A DNA stretch of 53,078 nucleotides from Candidatus Hydrogenedentota bacterium (GCA_034669905.1 JAXMOL010000052.1:1-53078), one strand, 5' to 3'. Positions 40,192 through 50,094 are shown, counted from the stretch's first letter. Program-made: numbers and translations. The notes: generated by a model not told the origin, from the letters alone.

Positions 40192-40575
40192 CTAGCCACA
40201 GGTCTCCACATACGTGCGATAGGCCGAGACGTCCATCAGGGCGTCCAGCTCCGTGGGGTCAATGCCATCCATTTTGAAGAACCAGCCTTCGCCGAGCGGG
40301 TCTTTGTTGATTAATTCGGGATTGTCTTCGAGGGCACTGTTGGTCTCGGTGACCTTGCCGGAAACCGGGGCGTAAATGTCGCTCGCGGCCTTCACCGATT
40401 CCACCACCGCGACTTCTTCCCCTGCTTCCACGGCGCGCTCGGCGTCGGGCAATTCCACGTAGGTGATGTCGCCCAATTGGGACTGGGCGTAATCCGTGAT
40501 GCCTACAACAAACTGGCCATTCAATTCACCAATCCACTCGTGTTCTTCTGTGTATCTGAGCGTGTCCGGGTTCAT
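40192..40575 (-). CDS. gcvH: Glycine cleavage system H protein
   Basis: HEW, GITDYAQ.QLGD, VESVKAASD (lipoyl Lys). Confidence 0.96.
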   Translation of the reverse strand: MNPDTLRYTEEHEWIGELNGQFVVGITDYAQSQLGDITYVELPDAERAVEAGEEVAVVESVKAASDIYAPVSGKVTETNSALEDNPELINKDPLGEGWFFKMDGIDPTELDALMDVSAYRTYVETCG

Positions 40576-40716
40576 TGACTGAAATCCTCCGCTATTCACC
40601 TGGGTTGTGCTGCGCGCCCGTCGGCCCGGGCCGGGAAGCGCGTCTTACCACGTTGCGTATTGTAAAGTATCGGTTGGGGTATGCGTCTTGGGGAAGGGGT
40701 CCACAAGGCGTCGTAT

Positions 40717-41793
40717 TTACAGGTCAAACTTTTTCCGGCAGGTGCCGTCGGGATAGATGGGGAGTGCGGCCGTTACGATGGGCAGGTCCTTCGGGCCTGC
40801 CGTCAGGGCGGTGCCGGGCTCCGACAGCGCCTGTGGCAGATCGGCCAGTCCTACGCCAAAGCCGAGACTGGGACCAAAGGTGCCACTCGTTACCTGGCCC
40901 ACCACCTGGCCCTCGTGCTTGATTTCGAAGCCATGTCGGGGGGCGCGGCGGGAGTCGGTCTTGATGGCGGTCAGCACGGTGTGATTGGCCGCATCCCGCT
41001 GGGCGACCAGGGCGGCTTTGCCCACGAAATCCTTTTCCCAGTTGATCAGATGGGCCATGCCCGACTCCAGCGGCGTCTTGTCCGGGGCGAGATCTTCGCC
41101 GTTCAGGGGATAGCCCACTTCGGTGCGCAAGGTGTCGCGCGCACCCAGGCCACAGGGTGCGACGTCGGGATGGGCGGCAAGCCGTTCCCACAGGGGGATA
41201 GCGGCCTCATTGGGTACGAAGATTTCATAGCCCACTTCGCCGGTGTAGCCCGCCCGGGTAACCACGATGTTGTGGCCCTCCCAGTTCATGGCGGCGCCAT
41301 TCCAGTATTTCATGGTGCGTAAGGCCTCAAAGCCCAGTTCCAGCAGAATGTCGCGCGCGAGGGGGCCCTGAAGATCGATTTTGGCCGTTTCATCACTGAC
41401 ATTGGTGACGCCATCTGCCCCGCTGAGGAGGCTGTCTACCTCGTCCAGGGGGCCAGCGTTGGTCACCAGGTAGAGGGTGTGCTCATCCAGGCGGAGGGCG
41501 ACGCAGTCGTCGATGATGCCTGCCGCGTCATTGAGGATGGCACTATAGCGGCACAGGCCGACGCGAAGGGTGCGCATGTCGCTGAAAACGAGGCGATCCA
41601 AGGCGTTAAGGGCGGCGTCCCCCTTCAGCACAAATTCCCCCATGTGGGAGCAGTCGAACAGCCCGGCTTTGGTGCGGGTGTGTTGGTGCTCCTGGATAAT
41701 GCCGGAAAATTGAACCGGTAAGGCCCAGCCGTGAAAATCGACTACTTTCGCGCCATGATTGTCATAGGCGTCGCGCAAGGGTGTTTGCCGCAT
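40717..41793 (-). CDS. gcvT: Aminomethyltransferase
   Basis: GLFDCSHMGE, QGP, GYTGE.GYE, GLGARDTLRTE. Confidence 0.96.
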   Translation of the reverse strand: MRQTPLRDAYDNHGAKVVDFHGWALPVQFSGIIQEHQHTRTKAGLFDCSHMGEFVLKGDAALNALDRLVFSDMRTLRVGLCRYSAILNDAAGIIDDCVALRLDEHTLYLVTNAGPLDEVDSLLSGADGVTNVSDETAKIDLQGPLARDILLELGFEALRTMKYWNGAAMNWEGHNIVVTRAGYTGEVGYEIFVPNEAAIPLWERLAAHPDVAPCGLGARDTLRTEVGYPLNGEDLAPDKTPLESGMAHLINWEKDFVGKAALVAQRDAANHTVLTAIKTDSRRAPRHGFEIKHEGQVVGQVTSGTFGPSLGFGVGLADLPQALSEPGTALTAGPKDLPIVTAALPIYPDGTCRKKFDL

Positions 41794-42065
41794 AAGGGGG
41801 CCTCCGGGCGGCGCAACTACCTGCTGAAACAGCAGATACCGCGAAGCCATTTGGTGTTGTAACGGATTGATACCAAGAAGCTTAGGGCGCCCAGGCGAAC
41901 GGCATTGAACATCGGAAAGCATCATCCGCCGCTTCACCGTGGTGTACTCCACGTCTAAGCTCGCCAGTCACGGCGGAAATTTGCGTATACTTTGCCACAA
42001 CCGAAGTGGCGTGTCAACATCGTCCCCCTGCCGCCCTGATTCAGGAGGGTGGGGCCGACTAAAAG

Positions 42066-42095
42066 TTGCCCAACATCTCCGCCATATGCTATCCT
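42066..42095 (+). promoter_or_regulatory. Putative rpsB promoter TTGCCC-N18-TATCCT with extended TG
   Basis: TGnTATCCT at 42087-42095. Confidence 0.5.
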
Positions 42096-42109
42096 TCCGC
42101 GATTTTCAA

Positions 42110-42205
42110 CTTCACAGGGTTCCCTGAATTCGTGCTGAATTCGGGTGTCTGACATTGCGTTCAGGCTGCATAAGGGAACCCAAGGCACAACCCGAATGGA
42201 GAAAT
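42110..42205 (+). promoter_or_regulatory. rpsB 5' leader; putative S2 autoregulatory RNA (stem plus pseudoknot)
   Basis: Stem gggttccct (42117-25)/agggaaccc (42173-81); attcgggt (42139-46) pairs with acccgaat (42190-97) next to the GGAG RBS. Confidence 0.6.
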
Positions 42206-42209
42206 ACCA

Positions 42210-43061
42210 ATGGCAATCGTCTCTATGCGTGAGCTCCTCGAAGCGGGCATTCACTTTGGTCACCAGACCCGTCGCTGGCACCCCAAGATGAAGCCCTACA
42301 TCTTCGGACAGCGTAACGGCATCTACATCATCGACCTCCAGCTTACGCTTCGTCAGATCTATAAGGCTTACGGCCTGGTGCGCGAAACGGCTGCGAATGG
42401 TGGCAGCATCCTTTTCGTGGGTACGAAGAAGCAGGCCCAGGAGCCTATCGCCCAGCACGCCACGCGCTGCGGCCAGTATTACGTTCACAATCGTTGGCTC
42501 GGCGGCACGCTGACCAACTTCCAGACCGTTCGTGGCAGCATCCAGGAGCTGAACAACCTTCAGGACCTGGAAAAGACCGGTAAAATCGAGCGCTACAGCA
42601 AAAAAGAAGGCGTTATGTTCCGTAAGCGCCGCGCCAAGCTCGAGAAGAACCTGCTCGGTATCCAGAAGATGCCCGGCCTGCCCAGTGCTATCTTTATCGC
42701 CGACGCCAAGCGCGAATACATCGCCGTCCGCGAAGCCAAGCGTTTGGGCATCCCCAGCATCGGTATCGTCGATACGAACTGTGATCCCGATGTGGTGGAC
42801 CTTCCGATCCCCGGTAACGACGACGCGATTCGTGCCATCGACCTCTACTGCTCGATTATGGCCAACGCGGTGCTCGAGGGCAAACTCCGTGCGGAAAAAG
42901 TGAAGGCGGACGAAGCGGAAAAGCAGGCCGCCCATGCGAAGTCGGCTGCAGATGACGCCGAAGACGCCGGTGAAGCCGTAGGCGCGCCCGTGGCCGCCGC
43001 CCCTGCCGAAGCACCCGCCGAAGCACCTGCTGAAGCACCCGCTGCCGACGCCGCCGAGTAA
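42210..43061 (+). CDS. rpsB: 30S ribosomal protein S2
   Basis: [27 protein letters not shown]. Confidence 0.98.
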   Translation: MAIVSMRELLEAGIHFGHQTRRWHPKMKPYIFGQRNGIYIIDLQLTLRQIYKAYGLVRETAANGGSILFVGTKKQAQEPIAQHATRCGQYYVHNRWLGGTLTNFQTVRGSIQELNNLQDLEKTGKIERYSKKEGVMFRKRRAKLEKNLLGIQKMPGLPSAIFIADAKREYIAVREAKRLGIPSIGIVDTNCDPDVVDLPIPGNDDAIRAIDLYCSIMANAVLEGKLRAEKVKADEAEKQAAHAKSAADDAEDAGEAVGAPVAAAPAEAPAEAPAEAPAADAAE

Positions 43062-43109
43062 TTGAGTACAGAAGTCTAAAGAGATTTATAACAAGGAGTG
43101 AGTATACCT

Positions 43110-43769
43110 ATGGCTATTACAGCTAGTGATGTGAAGTCGCTGCGTGAATCCACCGGCGCAGGAATGATGGACTGCAAGAAGGCGCTGACCGAGAGCGGCG
43201 GCGACATGGAAAAGGCCGTTGTATGGCTCCGTGAGCGTGGTATCGCCAAAGCCGCCAAGCGCGGTGACAAAGTGGCGGCCGAAGGTGCGGTCCATTCCTA
43301 CATTCACATGGGCGGAAAAGTCGGCGTCATGGCCGAGATTAACTGCGAAACCGATTTCGTGGCCCGCGGCGACGAATTCCAGAATCTGTGCAAAGACATC
43401 TGTCTGCAGATTTGTTCCACGGCCCCCCTCGCGGTGACCCGCGACGAACTCGACCCCGAAGTCGTGGCCAAGGAAAAAGAACTCTACGTCAAGCAGGCTG
43501 CAGAGACCGGCAAGCCCGAGGCAATCTGTGAAAAGATCGCCGAAGGTAAGCTCAAAAAGTGGTTTTCCGAAGTCTGCCTGATGGATCAGGGATTCGTCAA
43601 AGACCCCGACAAGACCATCGACCAGCTGGCTACCGAGCTCAGCGGCAAGGTCGGTGAGAAGATCACCGTACGTCGTTTCACCCGCTACCAGTTGGGTGAA
43701 GGCATTGAAAAAGTTGAAAGCAATTTCGCGGAAGAAGTTGCGGCCGAACTGAAAAAAGCAGAAGGGTAA
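43110..43769 (+). CDS. tsf: Elongation factor Ts (short form)
   Basis: [26 protein letters not shown]. Confidence 0.97.
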   Translation: MAITASDVKSLRESTGAGMMDCKKALTESGGDMEKAVVWLRERGIAKAAKRGDKVAAEGAVHSYIHMGGKVGVMAEINCETDFVARGDEFQNLCKDICLQICSTAPLAVTRDELDPEVVAKEKELYVKQAAETGKPEAICEKIAEGKLKKWFSEVCLMDQGFVKDPDKTIDQLATELSGKVGEKITVRRFTRYQLGEGIEKVESNFAEEVAAELKKAEG

Positions 43770-43777
43770 GGCCCGCA

Positions 43778-44500
43778 TTGACGGCACCAAAGTACAAGCG
43801 TATCCTGCTGAAACTCAGCGGTGAGGCCCTCGAAGGTGCCTCCGGAAACGGCGGTATCGATTTTCCAACCCTGGGAACGTTCTGCGACGAGATCAAAGAA
43901 GTCGTTGATATGGGCGTGGAGATCGGACTCGTCGTCGGAGGTGGCAATATCTTCCGGGGGGTTCAGGGGCTGGAGACCGGCCTCGATCAGCCTACGGGTG
44001 ATTACATGGGTATGCTGGCCACGGTCATCAATGCCCTGGCCATCCAGGCTTCTCTGGAGAAGCGCAGTGTACGCACCCGGGTGATGACCGCTATCGAGAT
44101 GCGGCCCATCGCCGAGCCCTATATCCGGCGTCGTGCCACACGGCACCTGGAAAAAGGGCGCGTGGTTATCTTCGGTGCAGGAACGGGGAATCCCTTTTTC
44201 ACCACGGATACCGCCGCCGCGCTGCGTGCCAATGAAATTGGCGCCGAACTCGTCATGAAAGCCACGAAAGTGGATGGGATTTATGACTCGGATCCGGTAA
44301 AAAACCCGGATGCCGTCAAATATGATACGCTGGACTACACCACCGTGTTGACCAATAAGTTACGCGTGATGGATGCTACGGCCATTTCCCTTTGCCGGGA
44401 AAACAGCCTGCCCATTCTGGTCTTCGATCTGACCGAACCCGGGAACGTCTTGAAGGTATTGCGCGGTGAGACCATTGGTACACTGGTTAAAGGAGAGTAA
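43778..44500 (+). CDS. pyrH: UMP kinase
   Basis: [27 protein letters not shown]. Confidence 0.98.
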   Translation: MTAPKYKRILLKLSGEALEGASGNGGIDFPTLGTFCDEIKEVVDMGVEIGLVVGGGNIFRGVQGLETGLDQPTGDYMGMLATVINALAIQASLEKRSVRTRVMTAIEMRPIAEPYIRRRATRHLEKGRVVIFGAGTGNPFFTTDTAAALRANEIGAELVMKATKVDGIYDSDPVKNPDAVKYDTLDYTTVLTNKLRVMDATAISLCRENSLPILVFDLTEPGNVLKVLRGETIGTLVKGE

Positions 44501-44502
44501 AC

Positions 44503-45060
44503 GTGTCACATCCGGTACTTGATGAAGCCACCGAAAAGATGGACAAGAGCGTTGCCGCATTCCAGACGGAAATGAGTAACATCCGTACGGGACGGGCCAA
44601 CGCCGGTATCCTGGACATCGTGGACGTGGAGGTATACGGATCCAAGATGAAGATCAACCAGTTGGGTACGGTTACGGTACCTGACTCTCATCTTCTGGTC
44701 GTCGACCTCTGGGATAAGTCGCAGTTGGGTGCCGTAGAGCGGGCCATCATGACCTCATCGTTGAATCTCACCCCTTCCAACGATGGTCATGTCATTCGGA
44801 TTCCGATACCGTCGCTAAATGAAGAGCGGCGCAAGGAACTGGTGAAGCTGGCGGGCCGTTATGTGGAAGAGGCCAAGGTGGCCTGCCGAAGCATCCGGCG
44901 TCACGCGGTGGATGAAATCAAGAAGCTCCAGAAAGACGGAGAGATTCCCGAAGACGATGCCCATCGTATGACCGAGTCTATCCAGAAACTGACCGACAGC
45001 CACACCGACAAGATTGATGCCGTCTTCAAGTTGAAAGAAGCCGACATCATGGAGGTGTAA
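44503..45060 (+). CDS. frr: Ribosome recycling factor
   Basis: IRTGRAN, EERRKELVK. Confidence 0.97.
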   Translation: MSHPVLDEATEKMDKSVAAFQTEMSNIRTGRANAGILDIVDVEVYGSKMKINQLGTVTVPDSHLLVVDLWDKSQLGAVERAIMTSSLNLTPSNDGHVIRIPIPSLNEERRKELVKLAGRYVEEAKVACRSIRRHAVDEIKKLQKDGEIPEDDAHRMTESIQKLTDSHTDKIDAVFKLKEADIMEV

Positions 45061-45095
45061 CGGTGGGTGTGCCAGCGATAATGTGAGTCTCGTAC

Positions 45096-45144
45096 ACTGC
45101 CGCGGATACACCACCATTGCGTGTGTCCGCGGCAGTTTTCTTTT
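45096..45144 (+). terminator. Intrinsic terminator after frr
   Basis: actgccgcggatacac/gtgtgtccgcggcagt hairpin followed by TTTCTTTT. Confidence 0.8.
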
Positions 45145-45194
45145 GGGTCCGTCCGTTACGAAGTATTTAGAGACCAATCGGGTAAACTACAGCG

Positions 45195-45953
45195 TTGAAA
45201 AAAGCCTCCACATCGACCCGCGGCGAAGTACTGGATAGTCGCATAGACATGGACCGTCTGCCCCGCCACATTGCTGTCATCATGGATGGTAATGGACGGT
45301 GGGCCAAAGAACGGGGCCTCAGTCATGTCCAGGGGCACGAGGCCGGTGCCAACAGTGTGCGTGCGGTTATTGAGACCTGCCGCAAACTCGGGGTTACTAC
45401 CCTCAGTCTCTACGCCTTTTCCACGGAAAACTGGCGCCGTTCCAAACTCGAAGTTAATGCCCTGTTTCGGCTCCTCAGCAAATATATCCGGCGGGAAATA
45501 GACGAGATGGATGCGAACAACATCCGCATTTGTTTCATGGGCCGCCGTGAAGGTATGCCCAAGAAGGCCCTGGCCGATATGGACTCCTGCCTGGAACGGA
45601 CGAAGAACAACACGGCGCTTACGGTAAACATTGCCATTAACTATGGCGGCCGGTGCGAGATCGTTGACGCGACCCGCAATATCGCACGGGACGTACAGGC
45701 GGGTATTCTCTCCCTGGACGATATCACCGAAGAGCGCTTTGCCCAATACCTCTATCAACCGGATTTCGATGAGGTGGACTTACTCATCCGCACCAGTGGC
45801 GAGTTGCGTGTCAGTAATTTCATGCTCTGGCAGGTTTCCTATGCCGAGATCCTGGTGCCGGAGACCTTGTGGCCGGACTACGATGCCCAATGTCTGTGCG
45901 ATGCCATTGTCGCCTATCAACAGCGCAACCGGCGCTTCGGAGGTCGGCCCTGA
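45195..45953 (+). CDS. uppS: Undecaprenyl diphosphate synthase
   Basis: HIAVIMDGNGRWA, YAFSTENW.R, IRTSGE.R.SNF. Confidence 0.97.
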   Translation: MKKASTSTRGEVLDSRIDMDRLPRHIAVIMDGNGRWAKERGLSHVQGHEAGANSVRAVIETCRKLGVTTLSLYAFSTENWRRSKLEVNALFRLLSKYIRREIDEMDANNIRICFMGRREGMPKKALADMDSCLERTKNNTALTVNIAINYGGRCEIVDATRNIARDVQAGILSLDDITEERFAQYLYQPDFDEVDLLIRTSGELRVSNFMLWQVSYAEILVPETLWPDYDAQCLCDAIVAYQQRNRRFGGRP

Positions 45954-46795
45954 TGCGATCCAATCAAGGGGCGACCCTGGTGCGCCTGCTCACGGCCCTG
46001 GTCCTGTTGCCTTCCGTGCTGGCCCTCGTGTGGGTGCCCTGGCTCGAAGTGCTTTTTGTGGCCTTTATCGGGCTGCTGGTGGCGGTGGGGCTGACCGAGT
46101 TTTTTGCCATGACCAAGGCCAAGGGCATTGAGACCTGGTCCCTGCCCGCCGTACTCTTTGGCGTGCTCATGGTCTTTGCGGCCTATCAGTCCATTGCCCT
46201 CCTCAACACCACCCTCGTATTGGCCATTGTGGTGGTCGCGTGGGCGCAGGTCCTCCGCAGTCAGGTTTCGCTTACGGCCTTGTCGGTCAGTGCGTGGGGC
46301 CTCTTTTACGTCGGCTGGATGCCCGCCCACTTCGTCATGATTCATGCCGAGGCGGGAGCCTTGGGGGCCACCTTGGTTTCACTGCTCATTGCCATTGTGG
46401 CCCTCTCCGATACCGGGGCCTACTTCGTGGGAAAATCCATTGGCAAACACAAGCTCGCGCCCACGGTGAGCCCCAAGAAAACCTGGGAAGGCGCCATCGG
46501 CGGGGTCGTGGCCGCCGTGCTGGGAATGACCCTCGCCTGGTATCTCGACCACCATGTGACCGCCATCCCCATGCCTGGCTGGGCCCTCTGGCAGTATGCC
46601 CTGGTCGGAGCGGTACTGGCCATTGCCGGGCAGATTGGCGACCTTGTAGAATCGATGATGAAACGGGATGCCGGCGTAAAGGATTCGGGCAATATTTTGC
46701 CCGGACACGGCGGTGTGCTTGACCGATGCGATGGCTTTCTTTTCGCCGGTCCCCTGATGTATTACATGCTGGCCTGGCTACCCGCCGCGGTCTGA
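45953..46795 (+). CDS. cdsA: Phosphatidate cytidylyltransferase
   Basis: SPKKTWEG, GDLVES.MKR..GVKDSG..LPGHGGVLDR.D; TGATG coupling to uppS. Confidence 0.96.
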   Translation: MRSNQGATLVRLLTALVLLPSVLALVWVPWLEVLFVAFIGLLVAVGLTEFFAMTKAKGIETWSLPAVLFGVLMVFAAYQSIALLNTTLVLAIVVVAWAQVLRSQVSLTALSVSAWGLFYVGWMPAHFVMIHAEAGALGATLVSLLIAIVALSDTGAYFVGKSIGKHKLAPTVSPKKTWEGAIGGVVAAVLGMTLAWYLDHHVTAIPMPGWALWQYALVGAVLAIAGQIGDLVESMMKRDAGVKDSGNILPGHGGVLDRCDGFLFAGPLMYYMLAWLPAAV

Positions 46796-46809
46796 AGGTT
46801 CTAATTGCT

Positions 46810-47925
46810 ATGTATGAAGAACAATTGGCGGCTGTAAAGGCCGACAAAGAAAAACTGGCCGAGCTGCGCGACTGTCTTAACGTGGAAGACACGAAGATTA
46901 AGATCGGTTCGTTGGAAGTTCAGATGACCGATCCGACCTTCTGGGATGACTCCGAACGTGCCCAACAGGTGGTGCAGGAGCTGAAGTCTCTCAAGGGGAT
47001 CGTGACCGCGCCAGACGAGATTTCCGGGGCGCTCGACGACCTCGAAGTGCTCATCGAAATGGCGGCAGAAGAAGAAGATGCCAGCCAGGAAGCGGAAATT
47101 GTGGCCGAGCTCGAATCGGTGGAACGTACCCTGGGCAAGCTGGAATTGAACAGCCTGTTCATGGACCCCCGTGATTCGAAGCCCGTCATTTTGAGCGTCC
47201 ATCCCGGTGCCGGCGGCACGGAATCCTGTGACTGGGCCGAGATGCTACTGCGCATGATCCTGCGTTTCTGTGAGAAGAACGAATTCAATGTCGAGATCCT
47301 GGAATACCAGGCGGGTGATGAAGCGGGCCTCAAGAGCGCTACCTTGCGCATCACGGGGGTCAACCCCTACGGCACCTTCAAGTCCGAAGCGGGCGTACAT
47401 CGCCTTGTGCGCATATCGCCCTATGATTCGGCGGCCCGGCGACACACGTCCTTCTCGGCGATTGAAGTGCTGACGGAAGTGGATGACACGATAGAAGTCG
47501 ATTTGCGCGAAGACGACATAAAGATGGACGTGTACCGGTCCAGCGGCGCGGGCGGTCAGAAGGTGAATAAGACCAGTTCGGCGGTGCGCCTGACCCACCT
47601 TCCCACCGGGATCGTGGTGGCCTGTCAGATTGAACGCTCCCAGCACCGGAACCGGGACGTGGCCATGCAGATGTTGCGCGCCAAGTTGTATGACATTGAA
47701 CAGAAGAAAATTGAAGCGGAACTGGACTCGCAGCGCGAAGGCCACCAGGACGTGGCGTGGGGTAGCCAGATTCGCAGTTATGTACTCCATCCCTATCAGA
47801 TGATTAAAGACCACCGCACCAACTTCGAGTCCGGCAACGTGACCAAAGTGTTGGATGGCGATCTGGAACCCTTTATGACCGCCTATCTGAAATGGAATCT
47901 GGAAAATAAGAACCGATTAAACTGA
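46810..47925 (+). CDS. prfB: Peptide chain release factor 2 (no internal stop)
   Basis: GAGGTESCDWA, HRLVRISPY, GAGGQ, WGSQIRSY. Confidence 0.96.
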   Translation: MYEEQLAAVKADKEKLAELRDCLNVEDTKIKIGSLEVQMTDPTFWDDSERAQQVVQELKSLKGIVTAPDEISGALDDLEVLIEMAAEEEDASQEAEIVAELESVERTLGKLELNSLFMDPRDSKPVILSVHPGAGGTESCDWAEMLLRMILRFCEKNEFNVEILEYQAGDEAGLKSATLRITGVNPYGTFKSEAGVHRLVRISPYDSAARRHTSFSAIEVLTEVDDTIEVDLREDDIKMDVYRSSGAGGQKVNKTSSAVRLTHLPTGIVVACQIERSQHRNRDVAMQMLRAKLYDIEQKKIEAELDSQREGHQDVAWGSQIRSYVLHPYQMIKDHRTNFESGNVTKVLDGDLEPFMTAYLKWNLENKNRLN

Positions 47926-47952
47926 GAACGCCACGGCGAGGTACCCCACCCG

Positions 47953-47999
47953 CTGGATTCCCGCTGCCGAAGGTTTCGCCGCAGGCAGATGGGAATGAC
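47953..47999. repeat. CTGGATTCCCGC..GGGAATGAC-type palindromic repeat with a ~25-nt insertion
   Basis: attccc/gggaat arms enclosing ctgccgaaggtttcgccgcaggcag. Confidence 0.55.
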
Positions 48000-48069
48000 G
48001 GAGAGGCGATTGGTGACGGTTGGGTGCCGCCCCGCATGGAGGCGCACGGACCGGCAAGGAGAATATACG

Positions 48070-49848
48070 ATGGACGAAAAGAATCCCACCCACGATAACC
48101 CCCTTTTCAAGAAGATGGAAAAGCTCTACGGCACCATCAAAGAGCAAATCGAAAAGGCGGACGACGAAAAGATTTCTCCGGAAGATCGCAATTTGCTGCG
48201 CCACCTGGAAAATAGAGCGGTCGATGAAGCCCTCGCCATCGCGGAGAAGTCCCGCATCCCCGGCCTGAAGAAGACCGTCAAGGTGGCTACCAAGACCATC
48301 AGCAAGATGCTCGACATGGACAACCAGGGCGCGGGCGGTGGACAGTCGGCGGAAGAGGAACTCACCGGCACGGCGGCCGATCTGCGTCAACACCGGGTGG
48401 ACAAGATGGAGCGCATCCGTGAACGGGGCGACAATCCCTTCAAGTTTGCCTTTGACCGCTCCCACACAATCGGTGCGGCCCGCGACGCCTTTGAGGCCGT
48501 GGAACCCGAAGGGACCGAAGAATCGCCTGCGGAAGTGCCCGCACGTCTCGCCGGTCGCCTGGTGGCCTTTCGGAACCAGGGCAAGAGCTGCTTTGCCGAT
48601 ATTCGCGACGAGTTCGGCCGCATCCAGGTTTTCATGGGCCTCAATCAGATTGGGGAAGAGGCCTTTGCCAGCCTGAAGGACCTCGACATTGGTGATTTTA
48701 TCGGTGCCGAAGGCGTCGTGAAGCGCACCCGTCGCGGCGAAGTTACCCTCTTTGCCACGGGCTACGAGATTCTGACCAAGTCCCTTCGGCCTGCCGTGGA
48801 AAAGCACAGTGGCCTGAAGGATGTGGAGACCCGCTACCGCAAGCGCTACCTCGATATGGTGGCCAATCCGGAAGTGCTCGAAACCTTCAAGAAGCGCATC
48901 CAGGTCGTTTCCCTCATGCGCGAGTGGCTGGAGAAGCAGGGTTACCTCGAAGTGGAAACGCCCATGCTGCACCCCATCGCCGGTGGTGCCACGGCCCGAC
49001 CTTTCACGACCCACCACAACACCTACGACCGCGAATTCTATCTGCGGGTCGCGCCGGAGCTGTATCTCAAGCGCCTCATCGTGGGCGGATTCGACAAGGT
49101 CTTCGAGATTAACCGTTGCTTCCGGAATGAGGGGGTGGACACGCGCCACAACCCCGAATTCACGACCATGGAACTCTATGAAGCCTATCAGGATTATATG
49201 GGTCTCATGGAAGAGACGGAAGAAATGCTCACCTACATCATTGAGAAGGTAGTGGGCGGTACCTCATTCGAATACCAGGGCAACACCATCGAGGTGAAGC
49301 GCCCCTGGAAGCGCATGACGCTCCACGATGCCATCCGCCAATATGCGGGCATCGATTTGGAAGCCACGCGCGACCGGGATCAGGCGGCCAACCTGGCGAA
49401 GTCTGTGGGTGTCGATGTAGACCCCTCCATGGGTTACGGCAAGATTGTGGATGAAGTGATGTCGGAAAAGGTGCAACCCCACCTCATTCAGCCGACCTTC
49501 CTCTATGACTATCCCATCGAGCTGTCGCCCCTGGCGAAGAAGAAGCGGGACAACGAAGCCCTTACGGAACGTTTCCAGCCCTTCATCGCCTGCCTGGAAG
49601 TGGGCAATGCCTTCTCCGAGCTCAACGATCCCATCGATCAGCGGGAACGCTTCGAAGGCCAGGTATCCTTACGCGAAGCGGGCGACGACGAAGCCCAGTT
49701 CCTCGACGAAGACTTTATTGCCTCGCTGGAAGTGGGTATGCCGCCAACCGCCGGACTCGGTATTGGCATCGACCGGCTGGCCATGATTGTGACCGACTCC
49801 GCCTCCATTCGGGAAGTGATCTTGTTTCCCCAGTTGCGGAGTGTCTAG
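48070..49848 (+). CDS. lysS: Lysyl-tRNA synthetase (class II) with N-terminal extension
   Basis: RYRKRYLD, ARPF.THHN, FRNEG..HNPEFT, GMPPTAGLGIGIDRL; AAGGAG RBS. Confidence 0.96.
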   Translation: MDEKNPTHDNPLFKKMEKLYGTIKEQIEKADDEKISPEDRNLLRHLENRAVDEALAIAEKSRIPGLKKTVKVATKTISKMLDMDNQGAGGGQSAEEELTGTAADLRQHRVDKMERIRERGDNPFKFAFDRSHTIGAARDAFEAVEPEGTEESPAEVPARLAGRLVAFRNQGKSCFADIRDEFGRIQVFMGLNQIGEEAFASLKDLDIGDFIGAEGVVKRTRRGEVTLFATGYEILTKSLRPAVEKHSGLKDVETRYRKRYLDMVANPEVLETFKKRIQVVSLMREWLEKQGYLEVETPMLHPIAGGATARPFTTHHNTYDREFYLRVAPELYLKRLIVGGFDKVFEINRCFRNEGVDTRHNPEFTTMELYEAYQDYMGLMEETEEMLTYIIEKVVGGTSFEYQGNTIEVKRPWKRMTLHDAIRQYAGIDLEATRDRDQAANLAKSVGVDVDPSMGYGKIVDEVMSEKVQPHLIQPTFLYDYPIELSPLAKKKRDNEALTERFQPFIACLEVGNAFSELNDPIDQRERFEGQVSLREAGDDEAQFLDEDFIASLEVGMPPTAGLGIGIDRLAMIVTDSASIREVILFPQLRSV

Positions 49849-49978
49849 AGATTGATAGTAACAGCGTGTTTCCAGGCGCCGCTTGGGAATGCAGATCTAG
49901 AAGCTCTGCTTCGAAAGCGTCATCGACGTGAACGTAGTAGATGCGGGCGACGGTGAGTTGCCCACGCAGTCTTTATTA

Positions 49979-50094
49979 AAAGGACCTAAACGACATAAAG
50001 GACCCAAAGGACAGCTCACGCTTTCGGCTGAGCTCGTAAGACAAGGCGTCAGGATTGCCTGTCCTTTATGTCTTTTTCGTCCTTTAGGTCCTTC
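49979..50094. repeat. Inverted 9-mer arrays (4 x AAAGGACNN, 44-nt spacer, 4 x NNGTCCTTT)
   Basis: aaaggacct aaacgacat aaaggaccc aaaggacag ... ctgtccttt atgtctttt tcgtccttt aggtccttc. Confidence 0.88.

Noticed and set aside
41794..42060. Glycine riboswitch upstream of gcvT
   Set aside because: No GGAGA..CCGAAG..CTCTCAGG aptamer pattern on the minus strand.
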